A stretch of 64,000 nucleotides of DNA, taken from assembly GCF_021028975.2 (NCBI RefSeq), contig NC_059427.1, forward strand, positions 77,872,001-77,936,000, written 5' to 3'. Below, piece by piece: positions 53,598 to 64,000 of the stretch. The stretch's first letter is position 1. Every line of letters starts with the position of its first letter. The position numbers and the translations under genes were made by a program. Origin of the DNA: Sphaerodactylus townsendi. Its lineage: Eukaryota. The notes under the pieces were generated by a model, which made no database searches, was not told the origin of the DNA, and was given only the letters and a program-made list of their open reading frames with translations.

Positions 53598-54432
53598 TGT
53601 GGTGAAACAGGCGTGCTTTGCCTGGCAGGTCCTATTCCGCTCTCTGTACTCGCCCAGGGGTGGCCAACTTCTCCTGGGGAGGGCTAGCTTTCTATCTGGG
53701 TAAACCGCTGCCACCACCTGATCATTTGAGGACTGCCCACTGGGGAAGACCAGGATTCCCCAGCTTCCTTTCCAACTGTGAGGCCTCTGCCTCAGTTTTC
53801 CTTAGTCCCCCTCTCTTGGGGTCCACAGGGTAGGCTGGAGGTCCTGAAGGAAAACCTGCTCAGCCTTCCTTCCCCTCCTATTAAGATAGCACAATCAAGA
53901 CAGTTGGGCATTTGTGAAACAGAGAACCATTCTCCACATCTAAGGTTTACAAAGTATTTATTAAAAATAAAAATGGATACCAGTATATTTTAGCACAGCA
54001 CCAGATGGAGCAAGGGTTTCCAAAACAAAGGAGATGAAACCGCAAATCCCCTGCCCCTATCTCTTAACACACCCTAGCTAGGAGTTGTTGAACATAGGGT
54101 AGGCATGTAAAACTTAGAAAGTAGAATTCTCAAAGAGTTCACATTACCTGACTGAGCCCATGGTCCAAAAATGGCTGCCCCCTTCCAGCCCTGGCAAGAG
54201 GTCTGCTCAGCAGAAGGAAAAAGAAAAGAGACCTCGCCCCTCCACTCCCAGCAATTCATCCCAGACTCACCCTCCTTTGACCTGGTCAGGCTGGGTCAAG
54301 ATATATTTTCCCCCTACGTCAGGTAGCACTTCCTGATGTTCTTCTGGAATTTCTAAGTCCTCCAAATCTATTATAACTGATGGGAGGAGGGGAGGAAAAA
54401 ACAGAAAGGGGGGGAGGAGCCATTTCTCCACA
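53598..54432. mobile_element. Solo LTR (835 bp), Gypsy-like, with 5-bp TSD GCATG
   Basis: tgtggtgaaa...tttctccaca inverted ends; GCATG at 53593-53597 and 54433-54437. Confidence 0.85.
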
Positions 54433-54829
54433 GCATGTTTTATATATTTTGTGGTGTTCTGCCATGGTCAGCATTGTAAGCCACCCTGAGTTCTTGTAAA
54501 GGAGTTAATAAATGTTTTAAAATAAACAAACATATAGCTTTGCCAATTACCAACTACAGTTGACACACTCCATCTAAATGTGACTGTGTTCTTTTTTGAC
54601 ATGCTGGTTATAACTAGAACCAAAATAGTAGATACATAACAAATGGAAGGTAGTTAACAACAGCTATCTTAAAAGTCTTAATGAGAACTGTGCTTGGCCA
54701 CCAGACTGCATTTATAAAGTTCCAAGACTATTCATTTATTTATTTTATTAAATTTCTATACCGCCCTTCCCCGAAGGGCTCAGGTGACTCAGACCACTTC
54801 ATCACTCAATGATCCAAAAACTCAGTCTA

Positions 54830-55280
54830 TGAGCACCCAGTTCCTTTTATCTTAATGTTACCAACTGCAGAAAGCTGAATGAAGCACTTTGAGATAGTTA
54901 CATTCAAGATCAGATAAGAAGCAAAACTGTGCCAGAGACTATGCCAGGAAAACAATGAGGAATGCATGTCCCTTGTACCTCCCCACTTTTCAATAAGCAG
55001 CAAGTCACAGTACAGAAGGCTGAACAATTTTGTCACTAACTGGAAGAACAACCCCTCAACGTATACATGATGCAGCAGCATGGCTGCCACTGGATGTTCC
55101 CACGACACTGTAGGCATGAATAAAGCCTCCAACAATGTGATTCAGATTCATGCTTCCAGGAGCAATCAAACAGACAAAACTATGCATAAAAGATACAGTG
55201 TGGAAAATCCAAACTGCAGAAGGCCAAACGAACAAGTATCTACTAAATGATCGACACGCTAGGCGACTCTTGGTCACTTA
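54830..55280 (-). mobile_element. DIRS tyrosine-recombinase relic
   Basis: HPVAAMLLHHVYV...GGTR...TISKCF resembles the DIRS YR segment HP..LH.LDV.RAL...GG...ISRW. Confidence 0.5.
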
Positions 55281-56934
55281 ACAAAAGATGGCAATGAATG
55301 GTCATTACAGTTTATTCTTAATAGGGATTCAAGGTAACATAAACTCTTTATTTAGCTATAAATCAACATCTTATAGCTGCTAAGGTAGCTATCTTGCAGT
55401 TATCTGCAAAACAAACAAAATAACCAAACAAAATATTTAAAGCAAACTTTTCCCCTGGAAATTTAGAAACAGTGCTCATTGACCACTTTTTATGTGGCCG
55501 TTATTTTAAAGTGTGAGCAGCAAGAGAGGATTATTTTCTCTCACACCCCCACCAAGAAGTTTAAAGTGATGAACATCATCCCCCTTCCCCCATTACATCC
55601 CACTCAATTGCACTGCTCAGAGATCTAGCCAAAGATCACCTGGTGAGCTTTATGATTAAATAAAAAATTTAACCCAGATTTCCCTGGCCTTAGGCTGACA
55701 ATCTAACAGATATACTGAATGGACTCTGGCGGTACCCTATTCTTATAAGCTGAAAAAACTATACACAAGCTAAAATACAGAGAAATGGTGGCAAGGGGTT
55801 AAGAGGCCTAAAGAAACAGCCCTCCCAAGCACCCTGTCCTGCTCACATGGGGGAGAGGGGAAGAGTCCTTTGCCTTGAATCATGGAGGGAACAGCAACCG
55901 AAAATACACCCTCCCATTAAAAAGCATCAAGAACTGTATTTTTGTAATTCAGCAATATTTTGGGTATCACTTCAACACCTAGGGTATACACATAAAAATT
56001 ATTTGTTAAGCAGCCCTCAGAACTACTGATTCTTCTCTTCCTTCAGATATATGTAGGATTTCAGATAGAACAATGCACTGTAAGACAGCCTGCATTCATT
56101 AGAGAATGAAGGATGAATACAAAGTACAGGGCAAAAATACTTGGGGGAGGGGGGTGAAGAAGTAAAGAGAATAACATAAGTTGCTAGTGCTGACCAAATC
56201 ATTAAAAGCCTGTATAAACTAAAAACACCAGTCTGAATTTAATCCTGGAACTGCCACTACCTCTACATCAGCTGTGCTTCTATACCATATTCAAGGTCAA
56301 CACTGTATACATAGTATTTTGCAGTAGGCAAGCATTTAGGTGAGGAAGATATAGGGCACAACCTTCTGAAGATATAAATAACAAAAGGCACAGCTATGGG
56401 AGCAGTTTTAGGCTACAAAGGGCATGCCCAATTTATGCCCAACTTCACTATTATATATAGATGAGAGGGGTAGGCCCGCAAGAAAGTATCCTTTCCCGCT
56501 AACTTTGCTTCCTACCCTCTCCCCCTACTTCTCTCCCTCTTGCCACCCATCTTCTTACTCTCTCCTCCATATCTGTAACTTTCTCTCTTTTTCTGCCCCC
56601 ACCCTATCACTCTCTCTCTATCACTTTGCCCCATCACTCTCTTTTCGGTGCCCCCCAACACTCTTCCAGTCACGCACCTGCTTCCTCTTATCTTAAAGCA
56701 GCAGCAGCAGCCTTCCCAGAATCACAACACAACTTTCAGCAACACAGATCATTTCCCCAGCTCCATTGGTAAATTCCTGGAGATTTGGAGTAAAACCTTG
56801 GGAGGGTAAGGTTGGGGAAGGGAAGCAATTTAAGTAAGTTCTAATGCCCTCTAAAGCAACCTTTTTCTCCAAGTGTAATTCCAGGTGACCTCCAGTCCTC
56901 ACCTGGATGTTGGCAATCTGAATTCCCCTACACT

Positions 56935-57070
56935 GGGGAGAGGTCATGGTTTAGTATCTGCTTGGCATGCAGAAGGTACCAGATCCAATTCCCAGCACCT
57001 CCAATTTAAAGGATCAGGTATTAAGCAGATGATGAGAAAAGCTTCCACACCTGAGGCCCTGGAGAGGCAT
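56935..57070 (+). mobile_element. tRNA-derived SINE head
   Basis: atctgcttggcatgcagaaggtaccagatccaattcccagcacctcc. Confidence 0.6.
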
Positions 57071-58389
57071 CTTCATATGTCTACCCATTCAGCAAATTAA
57101 GGAAGATGTAAGTGAAACAGACAGCCTTTTGATATGCATCTTTCCTGATCTGCCCAAGGTAAAACAAAAGCACTCAACTCAAGCCTGTGATTGTGTAAAC
57201 AGAATGGCATAAGAATTCCCCTTCAAATGTGACTGTTATATAGTACACCAAAACAAAATTAAGGTCACGGCTGTTTATTCTCCCAGCTACTTATCAGTAC
57301 CCTAGAGAGAACAAACATGGGATGTCCTCTGCCTTAACCCACCTTACAAGACCTTGCAAATTGGATAAGCAATAAAATCCTGCTTGCTTGTACCACAAGA
57401 CCAAGTGCCCCTCTGTCAATGTACAGAGCAATAAAGCTTTGAAGAAAGTATAAGACAGATTAAGGAAGAGCAAGAGAAAAGTAAATGCTCAATTATTATC
57501 CCTATGAAGCAGCTGGTGACCCAGCTCTTGTACTCTGCCTTTTAATCACCAGTAAGCCTGGAATGAAACTGTTGGACACACACAGCCACCCAGAGCCAAA
57601 GAAATGAGGCACTCAGAAGCAGATACACCAACTCACCACCTCTCTGCCAAGAAACCCTATCATTTGTAGGTGCTACAGGCAAGATGCTTGGCTGACAGTT
57701 TAAGCTTCTTGGTAGTCTTTCCAATTAAAAAGCAGGCACTGTAAATCAAACAAAACAATATATATATATTTTGGCTTGCACTAACAACAAATGACAGGAG
57801 AACCATCAATTCAGTATAATCATTTCCAAGGGGGGGGGGGGAGTACTGATTTGCAGCAGTTCTTTTTATCAATCAAGCTTTGTCACAAGACCTAGACAGG
57901 GTCTCCCCTCCCCCCTCCCCATTTTATATCATCATCATACATTCAAATAATGAAGTCAGCCAGATCTTTAAATACTTAAATCTGGTGACTGGAGCTGTGA
58001 ACGGACAAGACAGATTTTTCTACAAACTGAAAAGGATCCATTGGATACTCACCATGAAGGGTCTTTCTACTGTAGGTTAGTGGGGCATCTTGTATGGGTG
58101 TCTTCTCCACCAGTTGCAGAGAGGCAGGAAATGACAAAATAATTATCCTTGTACTTCCTGTGCAGTCTCGAGTGCAGCTTTCCCTCAGTTCTCCCGCCTG
58201 GCACGAGCTGAGTATTAAACGTGTAATGCAGAACTACATAACAGTAACATGGAGACAAAACTGCTGAGACAAGGAACTCTACAAAGCTGTTGTCTGTCAC
58301 AGAATTTTCCAGGTTTACTGAGGAAAACTTTTAAACTATATTTCTGTGGGAGAGCAAGAGATCGGGCACTAATAGAAACTAGGGAGGGC

Positions 58390-58477
58390 CAAGGATGCCC
58401 CACTAACCTACAGTAGAAAAGACCCTTCTACGGTGAGTATCCAATGGATCCTTCTACTGTAGGTGTGGGGCATCTTG
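58390..58477. repeat. DIRS-B internal complementary region (ICR)
   Basis: Left part is complementary to 58034-58092; right part ttctactgtaggtgtggggcatcttg is complementary to 63813-63838. Confidence 0.93.
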
Positions 58478-61400
58478 TCAGGGGACCTTACTCCAGAGCA
58501 GTGTCTGAACTTCGGGTGGAGTTTCCCCATCAGTCCCCTCGGATAATGCTCTCCAGAACCCTTCTGCCAAAGCGCTATTGATTCTGCACGAGGACCAGGG
58601 ACTGGATCTTGTAATGACGCTTATCCGAAGCGTTGGGGAAATAGAGCGACCAAGTTGTCGCTTTACAGATGTCTTCCACCCGATGCGTGATTTCTAAAGG
58701 CAAAGGCGTTGGCGTCGCATTGACGGGACTGGAGTGATGGTGATTCCCAAAGGCGACGGTGAGACATTCAAGGCGCTTTGTACGGCTAAGCCATGCGATG
58801 CATGCTTTCAAAGGTGTACTAATAGCTGCCTTGGACATCAGCTCCCCGATTTGGGGGGGGATGAATGTTTCATGAACATACTTCTTCCGATTTTCGAATG
58901 TTTTCTGTTCTGATAGTATGCGGCTTTTAGAGCCCGGCGCGCATCCTGAGTAGTAGTGCCATAATTCTTCCCTTTGGATGGAGTGGGATTTGGCAGAAAG
59001 TTTGGAATGATGATCTCCTGGCGAGTGTGAAACTGTGAGTTCACTTTTGGAATAAAAGGAGTGGGATCCAGACAGGAGGAGCACACTCTGTCTCTTTATG
59101 AAAGACACAGGACTTGCTGTTCACTGATAAAGGCTAAGGTTCCGTAGGACTCTTCTAGCCCGGCGTTAAAGGCTGATCAGAAATAAGGTTTTTCATCCCT
59201 TACCCATTTGATGTGTACCCGTTTGGATGGAGGCTCAAAATGGAGGCTTGGTGAGAGCCGGATAAGACTGCAATGCAGTGAGCGCCAGGAGGGGAACCTG
59301 TGGGATCACCGCTTTGGTTGGGGAGACAATTTGACTCCAATTCTCAAGGGAAATTTATGATGTCTGGATGTTTTGTAATTGGCTTACTGTCCTGCTTCAG
59401 ACTTCGGAAGGGACTGTAGCAATAGCTGCCAATTGTTCATGCGTAAGGTGGAACACTTGAGACCCATGGAGTAGCCATGTTGTAAGAACTCCAACAAGAC
59501 TGTAGTTGCCGGGTTGTGTAGGGTCGAAGTTGTTTACAGCTGGCACCACCCTGGCGTCACGCCTTCCAGGGAGGAATTGTCAGATCCTGACTGTGGAATC
59601 TACGTCCGGCCGCTAGAATTGTGGCTGTAACTTGTTCTGGAAGTACCCTTTACTCCCTTAAGTTTGTCCGTTCCCAAGTTCCACAGCCGGTCAGTTTTAG
59701 CCACGTGGGGATCTGGATGAACTATGGAGACCTTGAGTCAGGAACTTCGAGGCGTGATTGGTAGGGGTCAGTGGTTCTCTTGAGGACTGACATTTCTAGG
59801 TTATTGTGGAGAACCACGGTCTCTCTTGGGCCATCGTGGAGCTACCAGTATCACTGATCGCCTTCCACTATTATTATCCTGTGTAATGAAGTTAAGAGGG
59901 AATTAAAGTGGAAGCGGAGGAAACGCATATAGAAGAGTTATGCACGGCCCACACTGCGTTCAGAGCATCTGTACCCGTTGCTTGTATGGATGGTAATTCC
60001 GTGTCATGAAATTCCGGAAGTTGTTGCATTCTCCTGTTGTGATGCAAACAGGTCGATCTCTGGGTGTCCGAAGGGTTTTGCATATGAGGTCGAAGACAGA
60101 TGGATCCCGAAATTCAGCCATTCTGGTGTTCGCACACTTTTCTGCTATAACTGGCTTAGCCAATCTGCTGTGAGGTTTTGAGAAGCCTCTTTGATGATGT
60201 AAGCCTCAGGGATGCTAAGTTGGTCTCTGCCCAACGGAGGAGATTTTACAGCAGCTTCCCAGTGCAGTTTGGCTGATTTGGAGCCCGCCCTGGTTGTTGA
60301 TGTGCATCTTAGGCAGATTCACCGTTGTCACTGTTTGAATGATGATATGTTGGTGACCAATTTAGGGGCAGAAAAATGCTGAAGAGCCGGGTGAGAGGAG
60401 TTGTTCGAGTCTCCCAAAACATTGATGTGTAGCTACTTGGATTCCTCCTGGGGACCAACAGCCTTGGAGGAATTGTTGGCTGAGTGTAGCCCCCCAGCTT
60501 CCCTGGAGGCTGGCATCCAGTAAATATTTGTTGTCGAGGAGGATGTAGGTTGCTCGTTTTCCCTCGTCTCAGGTTGAAAGTTCGGTTCGACCACCATTGC
60601 GGAGCTTTGTTCCGGACTTCGCGAGTGGTGCGTTAGAAGTTTGTCTTTTTGTTGATGATGTCCAGTTGGTATGACCCGAAGAAAGTGTTGTAGTGTGGTC
60701 TGCCGCGATAGTAGTGCGTGCCCACTGGAGTTAACGAATCTGGATTACTGATATGAAAAGATCCCAACAGGCTTGCAAAAGTTTTAGCACGGAGTTGCGT
60801 GCTTGGTGAACATGATTTCCAGTGTATTTGTCCGGTCAGATTTTGGAAATCTTCTCTTCTGGGATGAATAGCATGTCTTGAACCGTTAATCTATCACGGG
60901 CGCCATGGAAGATGTTCCAAACGCGTGGAGGGAGTTAAGGAACTTTTCTCTGTTTATGATAAAGCCGTGCTGAGACAAGGCGTTTTGGACTACGTTGGTA
61001 TCTTACGTTGGCTTTGTCGACAGATCGTGAGCGTATCAGCAGATCGTCGAGGTAAGGGTAAACGTGAATCCCTTGTTCTCTTAGAAGAATGACCGGGGCC
61101 AGGAGGACTTTTGAGAAAGTTCGAGGGGCTGTGGCCAGCCTGAACGGTAAGGTCTTGAATTGGTAGTGCTGATCCTGGACCCGCGAACCTCAGGTATTTC
61201 CTGTGAGAGTTGTGAATCGAATGTGTAAATATGCGGTCCAGGTCCAGTGAAGTCAATAGGACTTGATGACGAAGAGGTGCTGTAGTTAACCTGAGGGTGG
61301 CCAGCTTGAATTTTGGAAATCGAATGAATTTGTTGAGGCGTATTAAAATCGGAATTGCTTTCCAGTGCGCATAGCGTTTGGGGACTGTAAAGAAATGTGA

Positions 61401-61660
61401 ATCGTCCCTAAGTACAGTTCCGCTATAGGAACAGGCTCGATTACATGAATTTTTGAGGTGAGAGATTGCCTCCAGGGTTCTGTTGGCTTTGATCGGGTCG
61501 TTTGAAAGCGGTGAGATCATCACATGCTGCCCGTGGGATGATGTTGAATTCTATCACGTAGCCTGTGGAAATGACTTCCCGTGTCCACCTGTCCACGTGA
61601 TTCCCTTGCCAACTCTGTTGGAAAAATTGGAGGCGACCTCCCACTGGAAGGTCCAGGTAG

Positions 61661-62179
61661 TCATTGCTTGTTTTTGTTGGCGTTGAAGTTTCTCCCTTGT
61701 TTGTAGAACTGCTTGGTAGGTTGCTTGTAGTTCCGAAAGGACTGCTGGTTTTGCCAGGTTGTTCTTTGTCCATCCCGTTGAGACCTAGGGAGGGTCTTGT
61801 GAGATCTGAAAGTAAATTTGTTAGTATTCGATGTTCTGTCTGGTCCTCTGACAGATTTTGGCATTGTCTTTTTGTTATCTTTTGTTTGGACCAGGACTTG
61901 GTCCAGTTCTTTCCCAAATAGGGCTTCTCCGTAGTAAGAGTAACCAGCCACTATGTGCTTGGATTGAATGTCAGCTTGCCACGGGTGGATCCATGCGTTG
62001 CGTCTGGCAATCATGTTGGAAGCCATGGATCTCGCCACTAAGGCCATGGCATCGAAGGTGGCATCCGCTATAAAGGAGTTTGCAGATAGAATTCTTTCTA
62101 TGCCCTCCCTGACACCTTTAGACTCAACTGGAATCATTTCCAGGAGTCTTTTTAGCCAAACCATTGTGGCTCTGGCCAC
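61661..62179 (-). pseudogene. DIRS-B gag/ORF1 C-terminal fragment
   Basis: 172-aa ORF homologous to DIRS-A ORF 44592..45131 (ARA..VWL, REG.ER, FI.D..FDA). Confidence 0.8.
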
Positions 62180-64000
62180 TGTGGAGGAGGAGAGTCAAAG
62201 GTTTTAATGGTCAGCTGCCAGCCATTCATGGGACCTGCGCAACGCCGCCCTCCTGACCTCTCTATCCAGGGGGTCTTTAATGTTCCCTTCCCCTTCTTTT
62301 TTGCACACTCAAGGCTCCAGAATGTAAAACTGTAACAGGAGCATCCACGGGAGGGTTTTCCTTTTGTAAAGAGAGCGATGGAATTGCTGAGGCATCAAAT
62401 ATTTTTCTCTTAAAATTGTTGGAGCAGAAGCCTTTGTGAGAGGGTGGGATTCATCCCATTCCGCTTTGGAATCCTTTTTAAAAAGCATTCAGTGGAACTG
62501 GGAAAAAAATTTTTCCCTCCTACACACTATCCTTGGGTAGATAGTCAGCCTTCCCTTTAGGGAACCCCTTACATTGGTTTTGTGGGGGCAGGTGCCGAGG
62601 CTTGGGAGTAGGGAGTTCTTTCAGCGTCTTCAGGATCGGTGGAGATCCAAAGAAGAGATAGTTTTGCGGAAATTAGGGCTTGTATTTCCTCTAGTTTGAA
62701 AAACTGGAGTGGATTATTCAGGGATTGTTTCAGTGGTCTCCTCTGAGGTCAGAGAATTTTTCTCCGTCAGCACTCTCTCATCCAGGCTAGATAACCCCTC
62801 TTCTTCCTCCTCTGGGAAGGCTAAGGGGTCCCTTCTGTGAAAAAGCGGAGCCCTCCCTGTGAGGGCTGCGTGATCTAAGGGATTGGGCTCGGGCGGCAGC
62901 AGAAGGCTTTGATCTCTTGGCGTCCAGAGCTTTTGTCAATTTGTTGTTGCTGAGGAACTCCGCCAAAAGGCCTCTGGGGGCGCACTCATCCAGCTTACGC
63001 TGGAGTCATTTGGCTTGGGGCTGAGTTTCCTTGCTCTGCCATTTCGCGGGTCTTGCCTGAGAGCAACACAAGGGAAAAAAAGAACCCACAGCAGCGATCA
63101 TCCGTGCACAGCCCTCTGAAAGAGCCGCGACTGCTCCGGCTAACCCTGGGAAGGTTGGAGGAGTCGGCCGTGGAGTTTCCCATAAGGGGCACGCGCCCTG
63201 GGAAGGCTGCGAAACTCCACGTGTCGGTTTGCAAAGCGTTGCCTCTTCTTTGCAGTCACTGCCGACTGCGCATGCTCCTGGGCGCTCGATTCTCTCCAGC
63301 GCCCGACGCTTTTTTCGCGGTTTTAGCTCCCCCCGTCTTCTTTTTAGCTTTCCCGGGGTTCGCTGGGCGAAAGATGGCAGGCATTTTTCCCGGGCAGCGG
63401 AGGCCACCGCAGCGATCTCCCGTTCTGGGGGGGGAGAAGGATCTGCGCCTTCCATTTGGGGTTGTTCCTAAAGTCCAGCTGATTTTAAAAAAAAGTTAGT
63501 GAAATTCAAGTTTGCCCTGGGAGCTTAACTCTGCAATAGATCCCCTAGCTCACGCTGAGGTCCTTCCCCTAAACGGGAACGCAGGCACTCACCCGGCTTT
63601 GAGAGCAGCTCTTGTGACAGACAGAATACACACAAAGCGACACAAAGAAACAAACAGAGGGTTTTTTGCCAGAGTCTCCAAAAAACACGTCTGCTCTCTG
63701 CAGAGGCAGGGAAATACTGAGGGAAAGCGACCCCGGAGACTGCACAGGAAGTACAAGGATAATTATTTTGTCATTTCCTGCCTCTCTGCAACTGGTGGAG
63801 AAGACACCCATACAAGATGCCCCACACCTACAGTAGAAATGGTCCCAGGTTTGCAGAATGATCTTAAGTAAAAAAGGAAAACACACTCAGGAGTTTAAAA
63901 AACCAAAAATGATTAAAGGAGCATGTATAGCTTTAAACAATGGATTTCCTCAGTGGCAGCTACTAGACAACCACAGAGTTCCAAGGTTCTGATGGTAAAA

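Larger units (their letters stand above)
58031..63839 (-). mobile_element. Full-length DIRS1-type tyrosine-recombinase retrotransposon (DIRS-B, ~5.8 kb)
   Basis: TTT termini; near-identical ITRs 58064-58169 and 63736-63839; ICR 58390-58477; gag (61661-63455, ARRNAWIHPWQAD); RT QGIHVYPYLDDLLIR (~61030-61075); RNase H TDAS..WG (~60500); methyltransferase-like DLFA/YAFPP; YR ICKATTWS..RHYK. Confidence 0.96.

Overview
Vertebrate genomic DNA. The repeat repertoire (CR1, L2, L1/Tx1, Sauria/Squam-type SINEs, DIRS, hAT/Harbinger MITEs) suggests a squamate, probably a gecko; this is inference. The whole window lies inside one minus-strand gene, LARP1 (La-related protein 1). Thirteen coding exons between 316 and 27266 (exons 2-14 by analogy to human) splice GT-AG, in phase, into 2032 nt encoding the RG repeat, La motif, PAM2 motif and the region before DM15. 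Exon 1 was not found and the DM15 exons lie left of the window, so 27267-64000 appears to be intron 1. The introns are packed with mobile DNA. The most structured items are two full-length DIRS1-type tyrosine-recombinase retrotransposons (41730-47788 and 58031-63839) with recognisable ITR/ICR architecture, several older DIRS relics, nested insertions with readable target-site duplications (TSDs), solo LTRs, a palindromic module shared by two unrelated DNA-transposon shells, and a CpG-rich non-repeat patch in intron 3. I do not see a wholly new biological system; the best leads are transposon-structural and regulatory.
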